A stretch of DNA of 53,316 nt, taken from NCBI GenBank assembly GCA_020718645.1, contig DYRQ01000006.1:1-53316 (forward strand), read 5' to 3'. Source of the DNA: Verrucomicrobium spinosum (GTDB taxonomy: Bacteria > Verrucomicrobiota > Verrucomicrobiia > JADLBR01 > JAIBCM01). The notes below the pieces were generated by a model that was not told the origin of the DNA, did no database searches, and saw only the letters and a list, made by a program, of their open reading frames with translations. Position numbers and translations under genes: made by a program. This document shows positions 17,044 to 26,786 of this stretch, piece by piece. Position 1 is the first letter of the stretch; each line of letters opens with the position of its first letter.

Positions 17044-18102
17044 CTACTTTTTCTTAGGCAGCATCTCAGGTCGAACTGTCACACGGTGCGTGGCCGTGCT
17101 CATTTCTTTCGGGGTCGCCAACTCGGGCATGTAATCCGGATCACGCGCGTTGCTCAACCGCCCAGTGTAGGGGCAATAGGCTCTCCACGCCCCGCCAACT
17201 TTATTCCAGTAGATGACTTGGGCCACCGCCGTCTTACCTTCCTCCAGACTCAAGAGCAGTCGTGCCGACGCCTGCCCTGCCACATCCCTCTCAGCAGAGA
17301 GCAGACGCACGCGGCTGCGAAGCGTGCCACCGGCAACAGGAGTGTAGAACAACTCAGTGCCCGATGGGAGCAAGTAGATTGGTGCAAGCCAAGGCTGTTG
17401 CACCACCCCCAGCGGGTCAAAATGTATTTCCCAATAGCCATCCTGCGCACCAGCACGAGCCAGCAGCTTCAGCTCAACACCTGATTCTGTCTTGTTCCAC
17501 TGACCCTCTGCCACGACAGCAGATCCACTCCCCCGGGCGTCCACGCGTTGGAACTCACGAATTTTAAAAGCGGCGCCTTGTTCTACATTCAAAATCGGGG
17601 CGCAGACAAAACCTGACCCATACTCCCATCGCGCGGTCTTCAGCTCGAGAGAAAGACGCAAAGAAGCTTTGGTGCCTCTCTGGCAGAGAGGTAATTCCGA
17701 CGCGGCCATGGATCCCCCCACGCTCACAGGTGAACCCGGCGAGGGTGCCACCCCCATGCGCCATTTTTCGAAACCTTCAAAAAGCAGGAACACCGTAGCG
17801 TCAAATTTCTTCGTCAGGTTGTTCGTGACCGTCACTGTAAAAGGCACACGATCCGCTTGGCTGACTCGAGAGACGGATCGGGTCACCTCCACCACAGCAG
17901 CAGCCAACTCGGTATCCTCATCCACCTGATCTGGATCGGGAACAGCAGGAGTCGGGGAGGGAGCCGCGCTTTCCGCAGGCACCAAGGATGCCGCCGTGGA
18001 TTCTGGTAACTCATCGCCACCGGTCTGGGCTAGCACGGGTGCAGCACCGCACAGGGCGGTTATCGCTATCCCAATCATTCTTCTAATAAATCGCGTTGCC
18101 AT
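17044..18102 (-). CDS. Hypothetical secreted protein
   Basis: 352-aa ORF filling the gap between GH31 and pheS; signal-peptide-like N terminus (IGIAITALCGAAPVLA), Pro/Glu linker, beta-rich body. No family recognised; the start could be 18078. Confidence 0.7.
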   Translation of the reverse strand: MATRFIRRMIGIAITALCGAAPVLAQTGGDELPESTAASLVPAESAAPSPTPAVPDPDQVDEDTELAAAVVEVTRSVSRVSQADRVPFTVTVTNNLTKKFDATVFLLFEGFEKWRMGVAPSPGSPVSVGGSMAASELPLCQRGTKASLRLSLELKTARWEYGSGFVCAPILNVEQGAAFKIREFQRVDARGSGSAVVAEGQWNKTESGVELKLLARAGAQDGYWEIHFDPLGVVQQPWLAPIYLLPSGTELFYTPVAGGTLRSRVRLLSAERDVAGQASARLLLSLEEGKTAVAQVIYWNKVGGAWRAYCPYTGRLSNARDPDYMPELATPKEMSTATHRVTVRPEMLPKKK

Positions 18103-18125
18103 GTGGCTCCCTCTTTTGACATTCT
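18096..18125 (+). promoter_or_regulatory. Putative promoter of pheS, probably leaderless
   Basis: TTGCCA (18096-18101), 18 nt, TGn-extended CATTCT (18120-18125), 7 nt, then ATG at 18133. Confidence 0.45.
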
Positions 18126-18132
18126 CCCAACC

Positions 18133-19146
18133 ATGCTTTCCGAACTCGACCAGATTTTGTCATCCGGTGAAACCGCGCTGTCCCATGCGGCCAGCTTGCA
18201 GGCGCTGGAAGATGCCCGTCTCCTCTTCTTGTCAAAGAAAGGTGCCCTGGCGTCAATCACAGAACGCTTCAAAGAAGTGCCCAAAGACCAAAAACCTCTC
18301 TTCGGCAAAAAACTCAACGAGGTCAAAAGCCGGCTGGAAACCCTCTGGGAAACCCGCAAAGGTGAACTCGAAGATGCCGCGCTCGAGTCCTCTGTTGACG
18401 CCACCTTACCTGGACGCCCCGTGCCCCGAGGCTCACTCCATCCCCTGACTCAAACGCTCTACCGCATCACGGATATTTTTGCGCGCATGGGATTCAGCCT
18501 CGCGGAAGGCCCCGATATCGAGACCGAATTTAATAACTTCGACGCGCTCAACACGCCGTCCGACCACCCGGCACGCAACGAGAAAGATACCTTTTTTGTA
18601 GATCTGCCGGGACATCCCACCGAGGGGAAACTCCTCCTGCGCTCCCAGACATCGCCCGTGCAAATCCGCGTGATGAAAAACAGCAAGCCACCGCTGCGGA
18701 TTATCTGCCCCGGTCGGTGCTACCGTCGCGACGAGATTGATGCCACCCATGCCGCCAGCTTCCACCAAGTGGAAGGGCTCGTCGTGAGCGAGGGCATCGG
18801 GCTCGCCGACCTCAAAGGCACACTCGAATTCTTTTTCAAAGAGTTGCTCGGCGACAAAACGCAGATTCGGTTCAGACCCCACTTTTTCCCGTTCACCGAG
18901 CCCAGCTTTGAAGTAGATGTAAGCACGCCGCTGCTCGCAGCCAAAGGCAAGACATGGCTCGAGATCATGGGATGTGGCATGGTGGATCCCGCTGTATTCG
19001 CGGCTGTCGGATATGATGCGGAACGATACACCGGCTATGCCTTCGGCATGGGAGTCGAGCGTTTAGCCATGACTCTACAAGGCGTGCCCGACCTGCGCCA
19101 CTACGAGCAGAACGACCTCCGCTTCCTCTCGCAGTTTGCCGGCTGA
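18133..19146 (+). CDS. pheS: Phenylalanine--tRNA ligase alpha subunit
   Basis: RGSLHPL, NFDALNTPSDHPARNEKDTF, LLRSQTSPVQIR, FHQVEGL, FPFTEPS, GYAFGMGVERL. Confidence 0.97.
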   Translation: MLSELDQILSSGETALSHAASLQALEDARLLFLSKKGALASITERFKEVPKDQKPLFGKKLNEVKSRLETLWETRKGELEDAALESSVDATLPGRPVPRGSLHPLTQTLYRITDIFARMGFSLAEGPDIETEFNNFDALNTPSDHPARNEKDTFFVDLPGHPTEGKLLLRSQTSPVQIRVMKNSKPPLRIICPGRCYRRDEIDATHAASFHQVEGLVVSEGIGLADLKGTLEFFFKELLGDKTQIRFRPHFFPFTEPSFEVDVSTPLLAAKGKTWLEIMGCGMVDPAVFAAVGYDAERYTGYAFGMGVERLAMTLQGVPDLRHYEQNDLRFLSQFAG

Positions 19147-19156
19147 AGCGCCCCCC

Positions 19157-19756
19157 TTATTGGGTCGCCTTCACCTCGGGAACCAGCAAACTGTCTAGTC
19201 CCAGTCGCGACTGCGAACGGTAGTCTTCCATTTTGCTCAAGATGGTTTGCACATAGGCTTTCGTGCTCGGAAACGAGATGCGCTCGATGAACTCCTGCGC
19301 TCCGAGCGGAACACCCTCGCTCGCCGCCCAGCGCAGCGCGTTGGATCGTCCGGCGTTGTATTCCGCCAAGGCAAAGGGCACCGGATCGTCGCGGTCTTTC
19401 CACCGTTTCAGAGCGCGCTGGAGATACCAGCACCCTGCCATGATTCCCGTGCGCGGATGCGCGAGTTGTTCGACTTGGAATTTTTTTATTTTTTCGCTCT
19501 TGGCCCATTCTTCGGCAGCGACGGGCGTGACCTGCATCAGACCCCGCTCCTGCGCAGAGCCCAGTTTCGTCGGATCAAAATTTGTCTCCCGCCAGATCAC
19601 CGCCCGGATGAGATCCGAGTCGAGATCCCACTTGGTAGCAGCCTCGGCAATCCACTCGTCATAGAGCGAAGCTTGATGGCTCCGTTGCTCGTGCCACCAG
19701 AGGGCGAGCGCGAAGGCGAGCAGCAACGAGAATACAAGTTTGGCAACAAAAGCCAT
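19157..19756 (-). CDS. Lytic transglycosylase (SLT domain), membrane-anchored
   Basis: Catalytic Glu in AVIWRETNF, GLMQV, AEYNAG; N-terminal TM helix. Confidence 0.9.
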   Translation of the reverse strand: MAFVAKLVFSLLLAFALALWWHEQRSHQASLYDEWIAEAATKWDLDSDLIRAVIWRETNFDPTKLGSAQERGLMQVTPVAAEEWAKSEKIKKFQVEQLAHPRTGIMAGCWYLQRALKRWKDRDDPVPFALAEYNAGRSNALRWAASEGVPLGAQEFIERISFPSTKAYVQTILSKMEDYRSQSRLGLDSLLVPEVKATQ

Positions 19757-19837
19757 ACCAGTAGCCTAGCGCAAAAATGCACCTTGGCACGCCTTGTTTT
19801 ATGGACGAGAGTGGGGGGACTGCCGCACCATAGATCC

Positions 19838-22051
19838 ATGCCCGACATCGCCAGAGTGCTTACCGATATCGCGCTCGACCGGACCTTCGATTACGAGATC
19901 CCGCCCGAGATGCGGGATCGCATCCAGCTCGGGCACCGCGTGCGGGTGCCTTTTGGCGGACGAGAATGTTGGGGCTTCGTGATCGCATTCCCCGAGGTAG
20001 CAGGACATTCGCGTCTCAAACCCGTGTCCGCCCTGCATAGCGATACCCCCTTGATTCCGTCCACCTTGGTGCAGCTCGCCTCGTGGATGGCCACTTACTA
20101 CCTCTGCCCCTTGGAAAAAGCGATGACAGGCATCCTGCCCGAGTCGGTGCGCAACACGGACAGTTCGTTCAAGACCCTGATCTATGCGCACCTCGAAAAC
20201 TTGCCAGATGCAGTGCAGATGCAAGCCCTGCGAAAAAAAGCTCCGAAACAGGCCGAAGCCCTCGAGACACTCACTACCACAGGCCCGCTCCCCGTTACCG
20301 ATCTCGTAGCGAGGGGCATACCCCGGCAAGCGCTCCAAGCCCTCACCCGCAAGGGGTGGGTCTCCTTGCAAGACCAAACGGTGGAACGCGAGCCCGAATC
20401 CAGCGGCCTCTTCGCCGAAAGTGCTCCCACCACTTTGACCGATGAGCAAGTGGTGGCGCTGGACAGGGTCATGGCAGAGATGTCGAAGCCCGAGCCCGCA
20501 CCCGTGCTCTTGCACGGCGTCACAGGCAGTGGCAAGACGGAGGTCTATCTCCGCGCCATCGGCGATGCGCTGGCTCGGGGAAAAAGTGCTATCGTGCTCG
20601 TGCCAGAAATTTCACTGACCCCCCAGAGTGTGGACCGCTTTCGCTCCCGCTTCTCCCGCTTGGCTGGTGGCATAGCCGTGTTGCACTCCAACCTCTCGGC
20701 AGGAGAGCGGCATGACCAATGGCATAAAATCCGTGCGGGCACCTCCCGCCTCGTCATCGGCGCGCGCTCCGCGGTGTTCGCCCCAGTGCAAAACCTCGGC
20801 ATCATCGTCGTGGATGAAGAGCACGAGCCCGGCTACAAGCAGCAGGATGCCCCACGCTATCACGCGCGTGATGTGGCCGTGGTGCGCGGGCGCATGGAGC
20901 ACGCGGCGGTGCTGCTCGGGAGCGCCACCCCTTCCCTCGAGACATGGCACAATGCCAAGAGTGGAAAATATGGTCTGACCTCCTTGACTTGCCGGGTGGA
21001 TTCACAACAAATGCCAACCCTTTTTGTCGTGGACATGCGCCGCGAGAAGCAAGGCCCCGGTGGCGCGGTGATCTCGCGCAAACTCCACGAGGCAGTGCTG
21101 CAAAGGCTGGAAAAGGGCGAGCAAACCATACTTTTTATCAACCGCCGAGGGTTCGCCTCATCCCTGCTCTGCACAGCGTGCGGTCACACGGTGACTTGCC
21201 AGCACTGTTCCGTGCCTCTGACCTACCACCGCACGGGGCAACGGATGGCCTGCCACCTGTGCGGGCACACGGAGCCAGCTCCGACCAAATGCCCCGCGTG
21301 CGGCGACCCGAAAATCCGTTTTGGAAGCGCAGGCACGCAAAAGGTGGAGCTGACTATTTCCAAGCTCTTCCCGAAGGCGAGCCTGGCTCGGGTGGACTCT
21401 GACACGATGTCGAAAAAAGGCGCTTACACCGGAATGTTGTCCGCTTTTAAAACTGGCAAAATAGACATCTTGGTGGGCACGCAAATGATCGCCAAAGGAC
21501 TCCATTTCCCGAATGTGACTCTGGTGGGAGTCATTCATGCTGACCTAGCACTGGGGCTGCCGGATTTCCGCGCCAGCGAGAGAGTCTTCCAACTCCTCGT
21601 GCAAGTCGCCGGACGGGCAGGCCGCGGCGGGATTCGCGGGGAGGTCATCGTCCAGAGCTACTCCCCAGGCCATCCGGCTATCCAATACGCCCGACGCCAC
21701 GACTACCACGGGTTTGTCGAGGAGGAGTTAGGGTTTCGCCAGCACTACGCCTATCCCCCCAGCCTGCGCTGCGTGCTGTTCACAGTCAGGGCGCGATCCG
21801 AGGAGAAGGCGGAATTTTCCGCACGCCACCTCGAGGGACTACTGAGGCAGGCGGCGGGAGCTGTAGCAGAAATTGGAGCGGCAGCTCCTGCACCCATCGA
21901 GAAGATGCAAGACTGGCATCGCTGGCAGGTCTTTGCCAAGACAAGCAGCATGACCCGGTTTGGGGCATTGGCGCGTCCAGTGCTGTTGGAAGCCCGCTGG
22001 CCCGAAGGGGTCTGGGTGGCCGCCGATGTGGATCCAGTCTCCCTGATGTGA
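19838..22051 (+). CDS. priA: Primosomal protein N' (replication restart helicase)
   Basis: Walker [29 protein letters not shown], two CxxC zinc clusters, ILVGTQMIAKGLHF. Start moved to ATG 19838 (MPDIARV). Confidence 0.97.
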   Translation: MPDIARVLTDIALDRTFDYEIPPEMRDRIQLGHRVRVPFGGRECWGFVIAFPEVAGHSRLKPVSALHSDTPLIPSTLVQLASWMATYYLCPLEKAMTGILPESVRNTDSSFKTLIYAHLENLPDAVQMQALRKKAPKQAEALETLTTTGPLPVTDLVARGIPRQALQALTRKGWVSLQDQTVEREPESSGLFAESAPTTLTDEQVVALDRVMAEMSKPEPAPVLLHGVTGSGKTEVYLRAIGDALARGKSAIVLVPEISLTPQSVDRFRSRFSRLAGGIAVLHSNLSAGERHDQWHKIRAGTSRLVIGARSAVFAPVQNLGIIVVDEEHEPGYKQQDAPRYHARDVAVVRGRMEHAAVLLGSATPSLETWHNAKSGKYGLTSLTCRVDSQQMPTLFVVDMRREKQGPGGAVISRKLHEAVLQRLEKGEQTILFINRRGFASSLLCTACGHTVTCQHCSVPLTYHRTGQRMACHLCGHTEPAPTKCPACGDPKIRFGSAGTQKVELTISKLFPKASLARVDSDTMSKKGAYTGMLSAFKTGKIDILVGTQMIAKGLHFPNVTLVGVIHADLALGLPDFRASERVFQLLVQVAGRAGRGGIRGEVIVQSYSPGHPAIQYARRHDYHGFVEEELGFRQHYAYPPSLRCVLFTVRARSEEKAEFSARHLEGLLRQAAGAVAEIGAAAPAPIEKMQDWHRWQVFAKTSSMTRFGALARPVLLEARWPEGVWVAADVDPVSLM

Positions 22052-22123
22052 CCCCGGCAGCTTCAGAGAGCAGCCGTGATGTTCTAGTTGACGCGCTGGG
22101 CGACTGTCCATTAGATAGGCACT

Positions 22124-22630
22124 GTGAATCAGCCCATATTGTGGGTCAGCACTTCGGCTGACCGGGCGTTGTTCAAGGTGACCGGCAAGGGTTCTTTCCA
22201 GAACTCTAGGATCTTGAAGGACGCTGGTAAAAAAATTTTGGACGGTGGCTCTAAGCATTTCTGCTTCGACCTGTCGCAGTGCTTAGGCATGGACAGCACT
22301 TTCCTCGGAACCTTGGCGAGCTTGGCTTTGCGCCTGCGTCAGTCCGGTGGGGAGATGACCCTTTGCGCCACGCAGGGACGCAACCTCGAACTCATCGAGA
22401 ACATGGGATTGGATAAATTACTGACAGTGAGCGCAGATCCTGCCCCGTCTGATTTTCCGGAACCCACCCCGATCGACACACCCAAACCTGCCGCCAAATC
22501 CGAAGTCACCCAGACCATGATCGACGCCCATAAGACTCTGATCCAGATTGATTCTGGTAACGAGTCCAAATTCAAAGATGTCGTAAAACTCCTCGAGGAA
22601 GAGGCAGCTTCCGATCCCAAAAAGAAATAA
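22124..22630 (+). CDS. STAS-domain protein (anti-sigma factor antagonist)
   Basis: FDLSQCLGMDSTFLGTL carries the phosphorylatable Ser motif; GTG start. Confidence 0.88.
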   Translation: MNQPILWVSTSADRALFKVTGKGSFQNSRILKDAGKKILDGGSKHFCFDLSQCLGMDSTFLGTLASLALRLRQSGGEMTLCATQGRNLELIENMGLDKLLTVSADPAPSDFPEPTPIDTPKPAAKSEVTQTMIDAHKTLIQIDSGNESKFKDVVKLLEEEAASDPKKK

Positions 22631-22646
22631 GCGAGCCTCGCACCCC

Positions 22647-22979
22647 ATGAAATCTACCGCCAACCGCATCCTGAATTTTTTGCTCTGGATCAGCGCTTGC
22701 GTTCTGACCTCCACTGGCTTTGCTCTCGCATTCAAGCTCGGGCGCGGACCGAAGAATCGCGGTAATGAATTACTCACTATGGACAAGCACGAGTGGAGCG
22801 ACTTGCACACTTGGTGCAGCTACCTGTTCGTTGCCTTGCTCATACTGCACTTGGCGTTGCACTGGCAATGGCTTTGGAAAGTGGCGACCAAGGGGCACCG
22901 CTTGCCCATGTTGCTCGGTTTGGCCTCCGGTATCTTGATCGTCATCGTGCCCCTGCTTCTCCCTATCCACAAACCGTAA
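22647..22979 (+). CDS. DUF4405-like small membrane protein (His-bearing, cytochrome b-like)
   Basis: Three TM helices; pattern W..LH.W.SY.F..L..LHL.LHW.W. Confidence 0.75.
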   Translation: MKSTANRILNFLLWISACVLTSTGFALAFKLGRGPKNRGNELLTMDKHEWSDLHTWCSYLFVALLILHLALHWQWLWKVATKGHRLPMLLGLASGILIVIVPLLLPIHKP

Positions 22980-23043
22980 GATACTCAAGGGCTAGACTTC
23001 TCGTCACTGGGGTTTGACACAAGTGCTATAAAAATCCCCCTCC

Positions 23044-23871
23044 ATGCCACCGAAAAAAAAGACTATCTCTGCAAAGAAGAAAAAAGTTTCTTTGGACAGC
23101 CTGACTTCTAGACCCGGGATCACCCCAGTCTGGTCAGCTATCATCAGCGATATCCACGCTAATGTCGTAGCTCTGGATGCCGTGCTAGCCGACATAGACA
23201 GTTTCGAGTGCGAGCAGATATATTGTCTCGGCGATATTATTGGTTACGGTGCCGACCCTTCGGACTGCTTGGAGAAAGTGATGTCCCGCTGCGGCTACGG
23301 TGCCACCGTCTTGGGCAACCACGAGGTTCTACTCCGTGTGCTGGGTTCCATTGATCTCCCCGACCGTATTGCCAACCCCTTAGCCCTGGCAGAACGCACG
23401 CTTTCCTCCGAACAACAAGCTTGGTTGAACGAGCTGCCCATCGTCGCAGAACTCGGGGCTTTGACTCTTTGCCATTCATCGCTCAATAACCCAACCCAGT
23501 TCAACTACCTGGACACTGCCGAGGAAGTCCTAGCCCATTTTTCCAATCAGACTTCGCCTATCTGTTTCGTCGGGCATACTCATATCCCCATGCTCCTGCA
23601 ATCTGCTCCCGAGGGATGCAGCTTGCTTGAGCTGCCAGTGGACGACCCGATCCGACTCGATCCCGCCAACAGCTACACTGTGAATGTCGGTAGCGTCGGT
23701 CAGCCACGCGACAGCGATAGCCGTGCGAGTTATTGTCTCTATGACCGCCACACCCAGACACTGCGTCTGCGCCGAGTCTCCTACGACATCGAACAAGCCC
23801 AACAAAGATTCAAAGACGCGGGTATCCCAGAGGATAACTATCTTCGTCTCGGGGATTTTATTAACGGCTGA
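23044..23871 (+). CDS. Metallophosphoesterase (calcineurin-like, YfcE/MJ0936 family)
   Basis: ISDIHAN, CLGDIIGYG, GNHE, VGHTH, NVGSVGQPRD. Confidence 0.92.
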   Translation: MPPKKKTISAKKKKVSLDSLTSRPGITPVWSAIISDIHANVVALDAVLADIDSFECEQIYCLGDIIGYGADPSDCLEKVMSRCGYGATVLGNHEVLLRVLGSIDLPDRIANPLALAERTLSSEQQAWLNELPIVAELGALTLCHSSLNNPTQFNYLDTAEEVLAHFSNQTSPICFVGHTHIPMLLQSAPEGCSLLELPVDDPIRLDPANSYTVNVGSVGQPRDSDSRASYCLYDRHTQTLRLRRVSYDIEQAQQRFKDAGIPEDNYLRLGDFING

Positions 23872-23883
23872 AGCCTTGGCTCT

Positions 23884-24756
23884 TTATGCGCTGGACGGTC
23901 GGATGGGCTGCACAGGAGCTGTTTTTTTTCGCCCAACAGCTATGCGATAGATGCCGGCCAAGTCTTGAATCGTGCCCACATCCACCAATCCAGCATCCCA
24001 GAAGACCTGTTCGACGGCCATGTTCTGCTCCGGGGCGATTTCGAGAGCACAGGCTCCATCAGGTTTGAGTATGGAAGGTAGAGCTTTCACCAGAGGCAGA
24101 ATCAGCCGCAACCCATCGTGCCCACCATCAAGCGCGAGGCGAGGATCGTGTTGCACCTCGGGCTGCAAGCCGGCAATCCAGCCTGATGGCAAGTAGGGCA
24201 AATTTGCAGCTACGGCATCTACCATGCCTTTGACAGAATCCAGCAGGTGCGCTTGGACAAACAACATCCGCCCATCCACTGCGTGGAGAGCGGCATTTTC
24301 CTTGGCAAGGGAAAGGGCTTCCAGCGAGATATCACTAGCAACGGCCTTCCACCCTGGTTTGTGTTTCAGAAAAGAGATGGCGATAATACCGCTGCCGGTG
24401 CCGACATCCCACAATACACCTTCCGATGGAGCACAGTGGTTCAACAATGTCTGCACCAACACCTCTGTTTCTGGCCGGGGTATCAACGCTCTTTTGTCGC
24501 AGCGAAAATCAAACCCGAAAAAATGGGCTGTGCCCACTATATGCTGCAAAGGCTCTCGTTCGCCCCGGCGCTTGACCAAGGGGCGTAGGGCGTCCAGCTC
24601 CTGCTGGGTCATGACCCGTTGGAACTGGAGATAGAGGTCGAGCCTTTTCACCCCAAGAGTGGCGGCAGTGATCTGCTCGGCGTTGAGGCGGGGCTGCACC
24701 ACTCCTTTTTTCAGGAAGTAGTCGGCTGTCGCATTCAACAGTTCGAGCAGTGTCAT
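23884..24756 (-). CDS. prmC: Release factor glutamine methyltransferase
   Basis: REPLQHIVG, ALIPRPETE, DVGTGSG, ANLPY, ALDGGHDGL; overlaps the prfA stop by 4 nt. Confidence 0.95.
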   Translation of the reverse strand: MTLLELLNATADYFLKKGVVQPRLNAEQITAATLGVKRLDLYLQFQRVMTQQELDALRPLVKRRGEREPLQHIVGTAHFFGFDFRCDKRALIPRPETEVLVQTLLNHCAPSEGVLWDVGTGSGIIAISFLKHKPGWKAVASDISLEALSLAKENAALHAVDGRMLFVQAHLLDSVKGMVDAVAANLPYLPSGWIAGLQPEVQHDPRLALDGGHDGLRLILPLVKALPSILKPDGACALEIAPEQNMAVEQVFWDAGLVDVGTIQDLAGIYRIAVGRKKTAPVQPIRPSSA

Positions 24757-25850
24757 GGCTGGCTATTCTGCATGTCCAATAGCTTTTGCGCCACAAAATC
24801 CTGCACGAGCGCATCCAGCATTTCTTGGATATAGCCCTCCATGAAGGAGGACAGATCGTTGGTAGTGCGACCGATACGGTGGTCGGTGATCCGGTTTTGG
24901 GGGTAGTTGTAGGTGCGGATTTTTTCGTTGCGGTCGCCGGTGCCCACCTGCGATTTGCGCTGGGCTGCCATCTGCTGATCTGCCTCGGCCTGCTTTTGCT
25001 CAAGCAGTCGGGAGCGGAGAATGCTCAAGGCTTTATCCTTGTTCTTGAGTTGGGAACGCCCGTCTTGGCACCGCACAATCATGCCGGTGGGTATGTGCGT
25101 GATCTGCACGGCAGAATCTGTGGTATTGACCCCTTGCCCACCCGGGCCACCGGCGCGACAGACCTCGATGCGCAACTCATCGGACTTGATGACCAGATCC
25201 ACTTCCTGTGCTTCTGGCAACACAGCTACGGTTGCTGTCGAGGTATGAATGCGACCTTGGGCTTCGGTAGCTGGCACGCGCTGCACCCTGTGGACCCCGC
25301 TCTCGAATCGGAGTTGGCGAAAAACCTGTTCTCCTGACACACAAAAAATAACTTCTCGCAGTCCGCCAATATCAGCAGGGCTACACTCTAGAACCTCGAT
25401 TTTCCATCCTGCTTTGCGTTCGATGAATCGGCTATACATCCGGAAAAGGTCGGCGGCAAACAGTGCTGCCTCGCTACCTCCCGTGCCTGCCCGAATCTCA
25501 AACATCACATTTCGGTCATCGGCTGGATCAGGGGGCAGGATGGCCGACTCGACTCCGAGCCTGAGCCGGCAGATGTCGGCCTCGAGTTCGCCCTGCTCGA
25601 CTTCAAGCATCTTGAGGAATTCTGGATCTTCGTTTTCTGGCTTAGCCAGCAGGCAAGCATTGTCTGCTAGGGAGCGCTCTTTGCGCCCCATCTCAGCGTG
25701 GTTCTCCAGCGCCAGCTTAAGCCGGCTATGCTCGCGGGTCACTTCCTGCGCTTTGGCGGGATTGGAGAATACAGAGCCTTCAGCCAGTTGCCCCTCGAGT
25801 TCCTCAAACCTGTTGTGGAGCCTTGCGATATGGGGGGTCAGATCAAACAT
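24753..25850 (-). CDS. prfA: Peptide chain release factor 1
   Basis: EIRAGTGG, ESGVHRVQRVPATE (PxT anticodon), GGPGGQGVNTTDSAV, RTYNYPQNRITDHRI. Confidence 0.97.
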   Translation of the reverse strand: MFDLTPHIARLHNRFEELEGQLAEGSVFSNPAKAQEVTREHSRLKLALENHAEMGRKERSLADNACLLAKPENEDPEFLKMLEVEQGELEADICRLRLGVESAILPPDPADDRNVMFEIRAGTGGSEAALFAADLFRMYSRFIERKAGWKIEVLECSPADIGGLREVIFCVSGEQVFRQLRFESGVHRVQRVPATEAQGRIHTSTATVAVLPEAQEVDLVIKSDELRIEVCRAGGPGGQGVNTTDSAVQITHIPTGMIVRCQDGRSQLKNKDKALSILRSRLLEQKQAEADQQMAAQRKSQVGTGDRNEKIRTYNYPQNRITDHRIGRTTNDLSSFMEGYIQEMLDALVQDFVAQKLLDMQNSQP

Positions 25851-25937
25851 GGCTGGATCATCCCTCGGTTCAGGCCACTAGAAAAAATAAAAAAGGTGAG
25901 AGTCGAGAGACCCTCACCCACACTCTTTCTGCTACCG

Positions 25938-26177
25938 CTATTTGCCAGCGGCTTTTTTCGCTGCTTTTTCGGCAAGCTTGGTTGCGCCATAGCGGCGGCT
26001 GAATTTTTCCACACGGCCTGCGGTGTCCACAAACTTCTGCTGACCGGTGAAGAACGGATGGCAGGAGGCACAGATGCCAACATGCATTTCCCTTTTCACC
26101 GATCGGGTATGGTAAGTCGCGCCGCAGGTGCACCGAATGATGCACTCCGCGTAATCGGGATGAATGTCCTTTTTCAT
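25938..26177 (-). CDS. rpmE: 50S ribosomal protein L31 (Zn-binding type A)
   Basis: MKKDIHPDY...CTCG...ICASCHPFFTGQQKFVDTAGRVEKF; start moved to 26177. Confidence 0.97.
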   Translation of the reverse strand: MKKDIHPDYAECIIRCTCGATYHTRSVKREMHVGICASCHPFFTGQQKFVDTAGRVEKFSRRYGATKLAEKAAKKAAGK

Positions 26178-26295
26178 GAGGGGGGCGAGTATGTATGACC
26201 ACCGAAAAGCATCAAGCAAAAAATAAGGGCACCCAATAATCATCTCACCTCTGGGCTTGCAAATCCGGATCTACGCCACACTCTCAGGATAGATT

Positions 26296-26757
26296 ATGAA
26301 CCGAAACGCTATCGTTGTGCTGTCCATTGCCGCCCTCCTTCTGGTCGGTGTCACTACTATCTTTCTCATGAAACAGGGTCAGATGGAGTCGCAAATCCAA
26401 CAGGCAGAACGCCGCGCAGCCCAAGCCGAAAGCACCGCTTTGCGCGAAGGGCAAAAGGCTGGGGAAATTGACCAAGCCAAGGCCACCATCACAGCTCTCG
26501 AACAGCGTGTCCGTGAAACTGAAAAGATGACCCGCGAACTCGAGACAGCCAGACAGAAAATTGCAGCTCTCGAAGACGAGATGAAACGCCGCGAGGAGGA
26601 AAGCAAGCAACTCCCCGCACTCACCGACGGCGTCCCTCCCCTGCCTGCCGACAGCATGCAGAACAGCACCGATTCCGGATACGAAAGCATAGACGGACCC
26701 AAGCGCGGCAGCGGCAAAGGTCTCGAGCCCATGCCAGGCGTGCTGAAACGCAAATAG
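26296..26757 (+). CDS. Hypothetical membrane-anchored coiled-coil protein
   Basis: N-terminal TM/signal, about 75-aa coiled coil, Pro/Gly tail; ends 29 bp upstream of the hybrid kinase. Confidence 0.7.
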   Translation: MNRNAIVVLSIAALLLVGVTTIFLMKQGQMESQIQQAERRAAQAESTALREGQKAGEIDQAKATITALEQRVRETEKMTRELETARQKIAALEDEMKRREEESKQLPALTDGVPPLPADSMQNSTDSGYESIDGPKRGSGKGLEPMPGVLKRK

Positions 26758-26786
26758 CTCTCCGCCTCTAGGCGGGCTCCCTGCTT

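Noticed and set aside
18133-19146. pheS without pheT (and carA without carB)
   Set aside because: Split locations of these genes are common in bacteria and not informative alone.
19247-19837. N-terminal extension of the priA ORF (similar extensions on Prx 1504-1665, fumarase 37498-37680, M24 42836-43252 and carA 50931-51086)
   Set aside because: The priA, Prx, fumarase and M24 extensions overlap neighbouring genes and the carA one is leader sequence; family homology starts at the internal ATGs used above.
23014-23032. TTGACA and TATAAA consensus-like boxes upstream of the phosphoesterase
   Set aside because: The spacer is only 7 nt; at most an extended -10.
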